Position numbers and translations under genes: made by a program. Shown piece after piece: positions 30,168 through 38,854 of a stretch of DNA of 48,751 nt. The notes under the pieces were generated by a model. It made no database searches. It was not told the DNA's origin and saw nothing but the letters and a program-made list of their open reading frames with translations. Origin of the DNA: Methanobacteriota archaeon (GTDB lineage: Archaea; Halobacteriota; Syntropharchaeia; Alkanophagales; Methanospirareceae); the NCBI GenBank assembly GCA_034660015.1, contig JAYEII010000013.1:1-48751 (forward strand), in the 5' to 3' direction. The stretch's first letter is position 1. Each line of letters opens with the position of its first letter.

Positions 30168-31421
30168 CAAAGAAGGCTTCGCGGTTTCTTCAACGAGCTT
30201 TATCACCGTTTTTAGAGGTATGTTTAGGTCGGCGGCAACGCGTTTCGCATCCTCAAATTCCGCAGCCACATTAAGCACGTTACCTGCGGCATCGGTGCCT
30301 ATTTTCACGCTTACTTCCTTCTCCACGCCTTTTAGCCTTACCTTCACCTTCCTCTGCTCCCGGTTTGCAATGAACCGCTGCTTCACCTGCATACTGCGAA
30401 CACCCAGCGAGCCGGTCTCTTCCATTATCCGGTACGCTATTCGCGCGGCTTCTTGCGGTGTCGTGATCACCTTGATTATGTGCCCGCTTCGGCATTTCTT
30501 CATTTGCGCCGGTGTAATAGCCACGTCCTTCACTCCTTTCTCCGCCATAAGCACCTCTATCAGATTGCCCAGCACTTCCCCGGTAACGTTATCAACATTG
30601 GTTTCCAGCACTTCCACTTCATCCCTTGACAGGGGTAGGGGAGGGATAGGTAAAGACGAGGATTTGCTGAGTTCACATAGACTCGCTCTCAAGACGTTAG
30701 GAGGCGAGTGCGAGGGCAAATCCTTCGACCCGGCGCCATATCCCGTCTTCTCGATGCGGAATGGAAGAGGGGGGAGGGAAGATTCAACCCGATGCACAAA
30801 ATGAGCCAATATCGCTGCGCCCGTGGGCGTAAGCAATTCAGAAGCAGACCCGAACGGGTCCCCTTGCGAAACCAGCGAAGAATGCCACAATATCTCGACT
30901 GTTGCGGGTGCAGGAACAGGCAGAACACCATGCAGGGTATCCACGAATCCACTGCCCACCGAAACAGGAGTGCAAATAACGATGTCGGGATGAAGGTCTA
31001 AGAACGCCGTGGTGCTGCCTATCAGGTCGCCTATTGTATCCATAGCGCCGAGTTCGTGAAACTGCAAGCTCTCTTTGGGTTCTCCGTGCACCGTCGCCTC
31101 TGCACGAGCGAGGAGGTCAAATACAGCCAGGGCGTTTTCTATTATCTCCCTGCTCAAGCCGCTGCCTTCGATTAGACGCACGAAATCGACATACTTTCTT
31201 TCAGCGTGTTCCGCACTTATGCTCTTATCGCCGCTTTTGCTAACAAACGCCACTTTTTTCGCCGTTATCCCATGCTTTTTTACTGTTTTTACTTTTAGTG
31301 CGATGTCGAAAACGGAAACCGCTTCGGCTATCTTCGATTCCGCGGCGCCCAAATCCAGTAGACTACCGATAATCATATCCCCGGAAGCCCCGGAAAAGGG
31401 CTCGAATATTAATGCTCGCAT
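30165..31421 (-). CDS. larC: Nickel-pincer cofactor nickel insertase (fused C1/C2)
   Basis: FSGASGDM, AEATVHG..FHELGA.D, PVPAPAT, ELLTPTGAA, GYGAG, LETNVDN..GE, EETGSLGVR, EFED. Confidence 0.92.
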   Translation of the reverse strand: MRALIFEPFSGASGDMIIGSLLDLGAAESKIAEAVSVFDIALKVKTVKKHGITAKKVAFVSKSGDKSISAEHAERKYVDFVRLIEGSGLSREIIENALAVFDLLARAEATVHGEPKESLQFHELGAMDTIGDLIGSTTAFLDLHPDIVICTPVSVGSGFVDTLHGVLPVPAPATVEILWHSSLVSQGDPFGSASELLTPTGAAILAHFVHRVESSLPPLPFRIEKTGYGAGSKDLPSHSPPNVLRASLCELSKSSSLPIPPLPLSRDEVEVLETNVDNVTGEVLGNLIEVLMAEKGVKDVAITPAQMKKCRSGHIIKVITTPQEAARIAYRIMEETGSLGVRSMQVKQRFIANREQRKVKVRLKGVEKEVSVKIGTDAAGNVLNVAAEFEDAKRVAADLNIPLKTVIKLVEETAKPSL

Positions 31422-31477
31422 ATGAACCATTCTCTTTTAGAAAAATAAAAGCCTATTAGTGGAATTACTATATCCTC

Positions 31478-31584
31478 AAAATTCACCGCAGAGCACACGG
31501 AGAACGCAAAGGCACCAGAAAACATAAACACTGATTGGAACAGGCTTAAAACTCTGCGTACTCGGCGCTCTCGGTGGTGAAAAG
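31478..31584. repeat. Repeat family C (9-bp-unit hairpin)
   Basis: TTCACCGCAGAGCACACGGAGAACGCAAAG ... CTCTGCGTACTCGGCGCTCTCGGTGGTGAA. Confidence 0.8.
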
Positions 31585-31728
31585 GAACGTTATAGAACGT
31601 TTAGAGAAGGTGTCACCAAAAAACGGCGAGTGCCGACCGTTTTTCACGGTTTTCTGAACGATTCGTTCTGTATACCCTTTTTATATCGTTCACAGCGAAC
31701 TAAAATCAGAGCGTGGAAAAATAAATTT

Positions 31729-32529
31729 ATGAAACACAGTACAAACACACGGAGGGGTTTGCGTATAGGCATGGTAATGCTAGCAATTTTAGGAGCAGCG
31801 CTATTGCTCTGTTCTACCCTTGTAACAGGCGCCGGAGCCGGTATCGCCGTGGCGCAAGGGGAAGAGTATCAGCAGCAGCCATTGACGGAATACAACGGGG
31901 GAGAAAGGGTCGCGCAAGGCGAAGCGGAACCGGCGATAGATGACGATGACGTGCCAATAAAAGTAGTTTATCGTGGGTATGGTTTCGCATTAAATGCTGA
32001 TGGAACAGGAACGGAATTCCATGCGCTCAGAGTGAATATCATCAGGGTACGGCAGCTTGAGGCGATACGAATTAGAGAACTTATGGAGCAGAACTGGAGC
32101 ATTGACGAGATACGAGGGGAGATAATGGAAAAAGCATGCGCACCCACTTACCAGGGATATATGCAGTTTGCGGAGACGCATTACAAGCTTGTTAATATTA
32201 ATGTTAATACCAGCCAAGCGAAGGATAGTTTGGCGGTGAATAAGCTGGCTATTGATGCGGATATTATTCAGGCTCCTGTGCCTATGCCTATACCCACACC
32301 GGATGCGGCGAAGGCGAAACTTGAACCGACGGGAAACGCGAGTGCCGGGAACCCGCACCAGGAGCAAGAGCAAGACCAAAACCAGAGCGTGGGTAATATC
32401 TCGTTAAACGTTCTGAATTTAGGACAAAATGAAAATTTCATCACGATAGGTGAGGGCAAACTGACAATACGGGAACGTGGAGAAGCGTTTCAATTTCAAT
32501 ATCACGTGCTGCTAAGGAGCGAAAGATGA
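31729..32529 (+). CDS. Hypothetical secreted/surface protein
   Basis: Basic N-terminus plus hydrophobic signal region; Pro/Gln-rich insert; TATA-like TTTTTATAT near 31680; start at ATG 31729. Confidence 0.65.
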   Translation: MKHSTNTRRGLRIGMVMLAILGAALLLCSTLVTGAGAGIAVAQGEEYQQQPLTEYNGGERVAQGEAEPAIDDDDVPIKVVYRGYGFALNADGTGTEFHALRVNIIRVRQLEAIRIRELMEQNWSIDEIRGEIMEKACAPTYQGYMQFAETHYKLVNINVNTSQAKDSLAVNKLAIDADIIQAPVPMPIPTPDAAKAKLEPTGNASAGNPHQEQEQDQNQSVGNISLNVLNLGQNENFITIGEGKLTIRERGEAFQFQYHVLLRSER

Positions 32530-32548
32530 TTGTGGAGTAAGAAAAAAA

Positions 32549-32655
32549 ATGAAATATAGACACAGATTAACGCAGATTAACACAGACAAGATGAAAAGAA
32601 AAAATCCGTGTAAATCAGTGTCTCAAATAGAAGGAGATTATATACTGTATATACA
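32549..32655 (+). repeat. Repeat family A copy (shortened loop)
   Basis: GACACAGATTAACGCAGATTAACACAGA...AATCCGTGTAAATCAGTGTC-TCAAATAGAAGGAGATTATA. Confidence 0.85.
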
Positions 32656-32894
32656 ACGAGAAAAGAGGAGATGAAAGCGACGGAATGAACAGGGGACAGG
32701 GAAGGGGCAAAGCGAAAGAGAGGGGGAAAAAGTGCCATGATGATGCCCAACCACCCCAAGAACCGAAAGCTTTATATACCCTTTCTTTCTATTGGAGAAA
32801 AAGGACGATAAATTTAAATCACAGAAGTAATTTTAACAATATGGGATAGGAAGGGGGAAAAAGGGGAAAGAAGAAAGGCGGAAGTGAAAATGAA

Positions 32895-33464
32895 ATGAAC
32901 GGCAACGTGAAAGAATGGAAACGGAAAATAGGAATAGCGTTTTTGCTTGCGGTTTTGGTTCCAGTGCCAATGGTGGGAGCAAAAGCAGAAGCAGGAATTG
33001 AAGGACTAAAAGGGATAAATTTATTCATGCTCATTGGTTATGAAGGAATGAACACTTTCACAATGCTCAGTCGCATCACCCTTGCGCTCTCATTTTTGGT
33101 TGCAATCACAGGTTTTGCCTATTTCATTCATAAAAGAAGGAAGAAAGAAGCGAGGAGAGGTAAGGAGGAAGAAATGATGGAGACAATAAAAGAAGCGAAG
33201 GAATGGAGGGGCAGAGAGGAGGAAATAATGGAGATAATAAAGGAAGTGAAAGAATTAAAGAAGAGAATAGAAGAGAAGGGGGTGGAATTAACCACCGTCT
33301 CGGATGTCTTTTTGATGCAAATTCTTCTCCTTTCGGAGATAAGAAATGTAAATATAAGGATAAGAAACGTGAATAAAGGGATAGAAGACGTGAGAACATG
33401 AATACTGTTTGGGTTAAGTGTAGTGGTCGCTCTTTGTCTCGCTATGATATCTATGCTAAAATAA
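32895..33464 (+). pseudogene. Small membrane-protein paralog 1 (signal-TM-coiled coil-TM) interrupted by an in-frame TGA at 33399
   Basis: The frame continues past TGA as ILFGLSVVVALCLAMISMLK*, matching LFGLEVLVALSLAIISML of 34584..35051. Confidence 0.6.
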
Positions 33465-33471
33465 AAGAAAC

Positions 33472-33804
33472 ATGACTGTGATAAACCGAAAAATAAGATT
33501 GGGAATAGCGGATTGGGTGGCGAGGATATGCCTTGTAGGTGCAGTGGTATGCCTTACTACATTGATGCCGATGGTAGGTGCTGCGCAAGCAGAAGCAGGA
33601 ACTGAGGGAGAAGGAATAAATGAGACGGCTTTTTGGGCTTTCGTTACCATTGCGCTGACAGTGGTAGTTTCAGTAATTATTACAAGTATATTCCACTATC
33701 TCAGCACAAGAGAGTTGAGGAAAATGGGGACGGAAATAGCAGTGGAAAAACCTTTTCTTACAAAGAAAAGCTTTACCAAAAGGAATAAAGGAAAACTTTC
33801 TTAA
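33472..33804 (+). CDS. Small membrane-protein paralog 2 (C-terminus derived from repeat B)
   Basis: Shared PMVGAAQAEAG signal motif and one TM; tail KPFLTKKSFTK is translated palindrome. Confidence 0.6.
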   Translation: MTVINRKIRLGIADWVARICLVGAVVCLTTLMPMVGAAQAEAGTEGEGINETAFWAFVTIALTVVVSVIITSIFHYLSTRELRKMGTEIAVEKPFLTKKSFTKRNKGKLS

Positions 33805-33816
33805 AAAGAAAGTTTT
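33748..33816 (+). repeat. Double repeat-B palindrome
   Basis: AAACCTTTTCTTACAAAGAAAAGCTTTACCAAA followed by AAAACTTTCT-TAAAA-AGAAAGTTTT. Confidence 0.85.
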
Positions 33817-33843
33817 ATAATACAAAAGAGAAGGAGGCAAAAA

Positions 33844-34116
33844 ATGGGAGAAGAGAGTAAGAGAGGGGTCGCGGTTTTAAATGGTAAGTTTTTTAAGGAT
33901 GGTTTGAGTATCAACCCTTTTAAAAAAAGCGTTGACGGAAAAACGCTTTCGCGATTAATCGTCTATGGAATAGTAGGGTTGATCCTGGTGAGGCTCGGTT
34001 TTTGGAACAGTCCTCCAATTGATACATTCTATTTTGCGTTTGCATTCGGCTTATATCTTGACGTGAGAGTAGAACTAAGAGAGCTAAGGAAAGAGATACG
34101 AGAGAAGAAAAAATAA
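33844..34116 (+). CDS. Small two-TM hypothetical protein
   Basis: AAGGAGG RBS, two hydrophobic segments, charged helical tail. Confidence 0.6.
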   Translation: MGEESKRGVAVLNGKFFKDGLSINPFKKSVDGKTLSRLIVYGIVGLILVRLGFWNSPPIDTFYFAFAFGLYLDVRVELRELRKEIREKKK

Positions 34117-34120
34117 AAGG

Positions 34121-34143
34121 AAACTTTCTTAAGAAGAAAGTTT
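34121..34143 (+). repeat. Repeat-B palindrome 9 nt upstream of ATG
   Basis: AAACTTTCT-TAAGA-AGAAAGTTT. Confidence 0.85.
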
Positions 34144-34152
34144 TAGAAAAAA

Positions 34153-34548
34153 ATGAAGATAAAGATGAAAAGATGGACATTGTTATTAGAAGCAATGTTA
34201 GCTTCGCTTGTAACAATGGTGCCGATGGTGAGTGCGCACGCAGAAGTGAGCGGGCTTGCAGAAATAGAATTATGGCATGTACTATTGGCAATTTCGTTTT
34301 TTTTCGCAATTCTGACCTTTTCTTACCCGCTCGTGATGAGAATAAGGAGGAAGAGGCGGGAGGAAAGAGAGGAAGAGCGAAAAGAAGAGGAGGAAGAGCG
34401 AATAGAAGAGAAGGGAATGCGTAGAGAGGAAGAAGTGATGAAGATTTTGAGAGAGATAGAGGAATTGAAGGAGAAGATAGAGAAAAGAGGCGTGAAGTTG
34501 ACGTCAATAAACCTTTCTTTAAAAAAGAAAGCTTTACCAAAGAAATAA
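34153..34548 (+). CDS. Small membrane-protein paralog 3 (truncated at repeat B)
   Basis: LLLEAMLASLVTMVPMVSAHAE, TM, E/R-rich coiled coil; homology to the paralogs stops at 34509. Confidence 0.6.
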   Translation: MKIKMKRWTLLLEAMLASLVTMVPMVSAHAEVSGLAEIELWHVLLAISFFFAILTFSYPLVMRIRRKRREEREEERKEEEEERIEEKGMRREEEVMKILREIEELKEKIEKRGVKLTSINLSLKKKALPKK

Positions 34549-34576
34549 AAGAAAACTTTCTTAAAAAGAAAGTTTT
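34509..34576 (+). repeat. Double repeat-B palindrome
   Basis: AAACCTTTCTTTAAAAAAGAAAGCTTTACCAAAG followed by AAAACTTTCT-TAAAA-AGAAAGTTTT. Confidence 0.85.
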
Positions 34577-34583
34577 AGAAAAA

Positions 34584-35051
34584 ATGAAGACAAAGATGGA
34601 AAGGGGGATATTGTTATTAGAAGCAATGGTGGCTTCGCTTGTAACAATGGTGCCGATAGGAAGTGCGCAAGCAGGAATTGAAGGATTAAAAGGAATAAAT
34701 TTATTCCTGTTCCTCAGTTACATTACGCTTGGATTGTCATTATTGTTATTTATTTTGGCTTTTGTGTATCTTATTAAAAGGATGAAAGCAGGGCTAAGGA
34801 TAGTTACGAGGAAAAGGAGGGATAGGGAGGAAGAGATAATAGAAATGATAAGGGGGATAAAAGAACTGAAAAAGAAGATAGAGGAAAGAGGGGAGAGTTT
34901 GACCTCCATTTCAGATGTCTTCTTAACTCAAATTTCTATCCTCTTGGAGATAAATAGCATGAAGGCATTAGGATTATTTGGACTGGAAGTATTGGTGGCT
35001 CTCAGTCTTGCTATAATATCTATGCTTTTCGTCATAATATCTATGATCTGA
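34584..35051 (+). CDS. Small membrane-protein paralog 4 (apparently full length)
   Basis: Signal-like segment, AGIEGLKGINLF, TM, coiled coil, C-terminal TM. Confidence 0.7.
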   Translation: MKTKMERGILLLEAMVASLVTMVPIGSAQAGIEGLKGINLFLFLSYITLGLSLLLFILAFVYLIKRMKAGLRIVTRKRRDREEEIIEMIRGIKELKKKIEERGESLTSISDVFLTQISILLEINSMKALGLFGLEVLVALSLAIISMLFVIISMI

Positions 35052-35395
35052 TAAATAACTCATGCTCATCTATTAAATCCGATGGGAGCGCCGGTGCGAC
35101 ACGGGCGCTATAAAAATTGATCATGTCGAAAACCGAAAAAAAAGCATAAAGCTATAAGTAGTAGGTATAGTATAGTAAGGTATAGTATAGAACAGAGAAG
35201 GAAGGGAGTAAAAGAAAGATGAAGGTGACGGGGGATTTGGGCACCAGGGGTGACGTAGGCACTAGCCACTATGGGGCTAATGTACCTTTCCCCAGTGGCC
35301 AGTCCCTAGTGGCTATTGGCTAAATTCGCTATGAACCGAAAATCTTATATACTTCCTTGCTAATAAAAAAAACTTAGGAGGTGAAAAAGAAAAAA

Positions 35396-37798
35396 ATGGA
35401 AACAAGAATAAAAGGCAAAAGCAAAAGAGGTAAAGCGATAATAGGGATTGCAATGGCAGCGATTATGCTCGCTTCGGTATTTGCAGCGGTGGCGCCGACG
35501 GTGATGTCAAGACCCTTAGGGCAGCCTACCAACATAGACAGCGGAGATACAGTATATATTGGTGAGCAGGGATTGAATTTCGATCTAAATAACGATGGTA
35601 CCTATGGTGATGTAGGGTCATTGGAAGGGGTTACTGATACACCCACAGAAGGAGCATCTCCGATTACTGTGACAGCGGGTATGACGATACCTGAGACAAT
35701 AGAAGGGAAATACTTTTTTGATACAGATGCTACAGGTACTTGGAGTGCAGGTGATTTCTACGTATTCATTGACCATGCGGAAATTTCAGGGGGCATAATA
35801 TTGAATGACGCAGCACAGAATACCATAGTTGGAAAGAGCGTTCCAAAAAGTTCAGAAATAGTGTTTAAAGTAGAACCAAACATTGGAACTCAAATACCTG
35901 GAGCACTGATTGATATCAAGGTTTACGACCCTGATGGATTAGCAATTCCGACTATTGATGGTCAAGGTCTTAATAATGTCGACATACTTGGGACTACAAT
36001 GTTTGTAGGGAATCCAGCACCAACGTTGACAGCTCCAGCATATGTAGCACCAGCTCACGGATTACGCATAACCGATTTAGATACAGGGGAGTACACAGTT
36101 AAATACAAGTTGGATAAAACCACTTGCAACATGCTGGCGGTTTCATCGGCAGAATATAAGTTCACAGTTCGCAGTGAGGAGCTTTCAATAGAAGCAGTAG
36201 AAGATGAAGTTGGCAAAGGAACGGACATGTCAGTAAAGATTAATGGGAATCCAACGACTTACTATTACGTAACAGTTACTGGTGTGGATGTGACTGCCCC
36301 GCCAGCGATAAAAATGGTGGGTGATGTCAAAAATTTAGATGCCACTGGAGTAGCATATCCGACAACGGCAACACCTAATCTGGCAGCGTGGGCAAAAACC
36401 GGAAGTGACGGCATTGCTGAGGTTAAGATTGCTACGACCGGCGCAGACGACAGAACCTATACAATACATGTGTATGATACAACAGCTACTATAGTAGACG
36501 GTTTTACACCGAATTATCCCACCTTTGTGGCTATTGGAGCCGAAGTTCCGACGGACGATGATGACGTGGATATAAGAGTAATGAAAGCAAAGGTGACTTT
36601 TGATATACCAGCGAGTGTAATGATAGGCGAAGAGATTAAGATTAAAGGAGCAATAAGCGCAGGCGATAGGATTGACCTAATTGTAAAAGACCAGGCGGTA
36701 ATAGCTGACGATAAAGCAGTGGACGAGAACGATGAATTCGAGGTGAAATGGGATACATCGGGCTATACAACCGGTTCGTATACGCTAGAAGGTTATATAG
36801 ATTTCCGAGTTGGAGGAGCTGCTGAGGTATTAGGGGACTTTGCTGGAGTAGATGATGATGGGAAAACAACGATAAGGTTAGTTTCGCCGGGACTTGATGC
36901 TGAGCAGGAGAGGAACGTAGTTGCAGAAGGTGACGACTACAAGATAAAAGGAACAGCAACAGGTATAGATGATGTGGACTACATTCTTATAGGTCCTAAG
37001 GGATGGAAAACCGGAAGTGCTGCTAATGTTCTAGGTGGCATTCTGAAAAGTTCAACATCAGTGACCAAGGACGAATTCAGCGAAGAAGAAACAATGACAG
37101 ACGGCTTAGACACGGGCATGTGGGCAGCAATGATTCTTGCACCGGGACGTGATGGCGAGTATGAGACAACAGAACTCGCAGGACAATTATCATTAGCTGC
37201 TCTCGGTGTTACTGCTGGTAAGAATCAGGAGCAAATTGTGGCTATAATCATAGATGCTGTTACTACTGCAGGGAGCGATGATATATATGAGTCGTTTAGG
37301 TTCAAGGTTGAGTCACCAAGTGTAGATTTAAACCCGATTGAGCCGGTAGGAGTAGGAGAGCCATTGAAGATAAGCGGAGTAACGAACAGAGAGCCAGAAA
37401 CGACAATAACAATTTCGACATTTGCAGGACCTATGGATTTACCTATAGCTCTTGCAGAGGTAGAATGGCCGACAACGGATGAAGGCGTGTTCAATGTGAC
37501 AATTGACACTACGGATGCGAATGTGGGAACGTACACGATTGAAGCAGACGATGGAGATGGACATACGGATACAAAAGATGTAGAGATACTAACAGCAGTG
37601 CCAACGGTAGCGCCAACGGTAGCACCAACAGCAGAACCAACAGCAGAACCAACGGCAAAACCAACTACACCAGCAGCGCCAACAGCAGCGCCAACAGCAG
37701 CACCAACGGCAACACCGGAACCACCAGGTTTTGAAGCGGTATTCGCTATTGCAGGTCTGTTAGCAATCGCATACTTAGTGCTGAGGAGAAGGAAGTAA
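35396..37798 (+). CDS. Major cell-surface (S-layer-like) glycoprotein with PGF-CTERM
   Basis: AGGAGGTGA RBS and TATA (CTTATATA, 35344); signal peptide; GDTVYIGEQGL N-domain; acidic beta-rich body; PT-rich linker; PGFEAVFAIAGLLAIAYLVLRRRK. Confidence 0.85.
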   Translation: METRIKGKSKRGKAIIGIAMAAIMLASVFAAVAPTVMSRPLGQPTNIDSGDTVYIGEQGLNFDLNNDGTYGDVGSLEGVTDTPTEGASPITVTAGMTIPETIEGKYFFDTDATGTWSAGDFYVFIDHAEISGGIILNDAAQNTIVGKSVPKSSEIVFKVEPNIGTQIPGALIDIKVYDPDGLAIPTIDGQGLNNVDILGTTMFVGNPAPTLTAPAYVAPAHGLRITDLDTGEYTVKYKLDKTTCNMLAVSSAEYKFTVRSEELSIEAVEDEVGKGTDMSVKINGNPTTYYYVTVTGVDVTAPPAIKMVGDVKNLDATGVAYPTTATPNLAAWAKTGSDGIAEVKIATTGADDRTYTIHVYDTTATIVDGFTPNYPTFVAIGAEVPTDDDDVDIRVMKAKVTFDIPASVMIGEEIKIKGAISAGDRIDLIVKDQAVIADDKAVDENDEFEVKWDTSGYTTGSYTLEGYIDFRVGGAAEVLGDFAGVDDDGKTTIRLVSPGLDAEQERNVVAEGDDYKIKGTATGIDDVDYILIGPKGWKTGSAANVLGGILKSSTSVTKDEFSEEETMTDGLDTGMWAAMILAPGRDGEYETTELAGQLSLAALGVTAGKNQEQIVAIIIDAVTTAGSDDIYESFRFKVESPSVDLNPIEPVGVGEPLKISGVTNREPETTITISTFAGPMDLPIALAEVEWPTTDEGVFNVTIDTTDANVGTYTIEADDGDGHTDTKDVEILTAVPTVAPTVAPTAEPTAEPTAKPTTPAAPTAAPTAAPTATPEPPGFEAVFAIAGLLAIAYLVLRRRK

Positions 37799-37837
37799 AT
37801 ACTTTCAATACAACACAAACAGCAAAAATAAAACTAC

Positions 37838-37935
37838 AAAATTTTGAGGGGGTTTTTTTTTCCCCCTTTTTTGTTTTATTTACACACTTTTTCTTTTTAG
37901 GAGAAAAGAAAATTACCTGTGCTAAAAGAAAAAAA
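37838..37935 (+). repeat. About 100-bp direct repeat (copy 1), terminator-like
   Basis: CAAAATTTT..GGGGG..CCCCTTTTT..ACACTTTTTCTTTTTAGGAGAAAAGAAAATTACCTGTGCTAAAAGAAAAA; second copy at 39388-39483. Confidence 0.8.
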
Positions 37936-38061
37936 ATATTAGTTTCTTTGATAAACCTTTCTTTTCGCGAAGCGTTTTTGATAAAACTTTTGTTAAAAGT
38001 TTTAAAGAAAGGTTTGTGGTAAGCGAAAGGATGGGGGGGGCATAGGCAAAAACAGATAAAA

Positions 38062-38430
38062 ATGAAAACATATATCTTCAAAGTAACCATAGAAAAAGAC
38101 TTTTTCGAAGATGGCAGAGAAGCCTACCATGCATACGCTCCGGCTTTAAAAGGAGCTGCTACATGGGGATATAGCAAAGAAGAAGCTATTGACAACATTA
38201 AAGAAGTAATTCAGATGATAGTAGAAAGCAAGATAGAACACCATGAGCTTTTCGAATTTGACCGGCAAAGGGGTAGTCACCATCACTACTATCATCCTGA
38301 CAGCCGACGAGTAACTATTTCTTTCCACTCTCCCGCAGAAACCTTTCCACCAAAAACATTAAAGCGCATAATTGAGGAGCAGGCAGAGTGGACTGAAGCG
38401 GACCTTCGGCGTTTAAAACTTCTTAAATAA
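38062..38430 (+). CDS. HicB(N-domain)-HicA(C-part) in-frame fusion
   Basis: YHAYAPALKGAATWGYSKEEAIDNIKEVI (HicB) followed by FEFDRQRGSHHHYYHPDSRRVTI..H..TFPPKTLKRII (HicA). Confidence 0.7.
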   Translation: MKTYIFKVTIEKDFFEDGREAYHAYAPALKGAATWGYSKEEAIDNIKEVIQMIVESKIEHHELFEFDRQRGSHHHYYHPDSRRVTISFHSPAETFPPKTLKRIIEEQAEWTEADLRRLKLLK

Positions 38431-38515
38431 GATGTAAAACAAATTTCTTTTGGTAAAGCTTTTCTTTTTTAAAAGAAAGGTTTGTGGTGAGAAAGAAAAA
38501 CAATAGAGGACAAAG

Positions 38516-38833
38516 GTGATTAAAATGGCGGAGAGCAATTATATTATTCCGAGAAGTTTCGTGAAGGAAGTTGAAGAACTAAGTGAATTTGAGAAGAAGG
38601 ACAGACTAAATATTATTAAAGAAGTCTTCAAGATAGGAATAGAGGAGAAAAGGAAGGAATTGGCATTGGAGTCGTATAAAAAGGGGGATGTATCGCTTGA
38701 GCGGGGTGCGAAAATAGCAAAATTGCCGCTGTTAGATTTTATTGACCTCATCGAGAAGGAGAATATCTTTAGGAAGGTAGATGTTGATAATATAAGAAGG
38801 CTAATTCTTGAGGAATTCAACACCGAGATTTGA
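38516..38833 (+). CDS. UPF0175 family putative antitoxin
   Basis: ALESYKKGDVSLERGAKIAKLPLLDF. Confidence 0.8.
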   Translation: MIKMAESNYIIPRSFVKEVEELSEFEKKDRLNIIKEVFKIGIEEKRKELALESYKKGDVSLERGAKIAKLPLLDFIDLIEKENIFRKVDVDNIRRLILEEFNTEI

Positions 38834-38854
38834 TAAAAGGATAAAGAGTAAATA

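Noticed and set aside
33399-33401. Selenocysteine codon or genome-wide TGA recoding
   Set aside because: No redox motif or evident SECIS, and TGA terminates many normal genes here (argH, TRAM, metV)
37600-37720. 12-bp tandem repeats (CCAACAGCAGCG-like)
   Set aside because: Ordinary PTA(A/E) linker coding sequence of the S-layer protein
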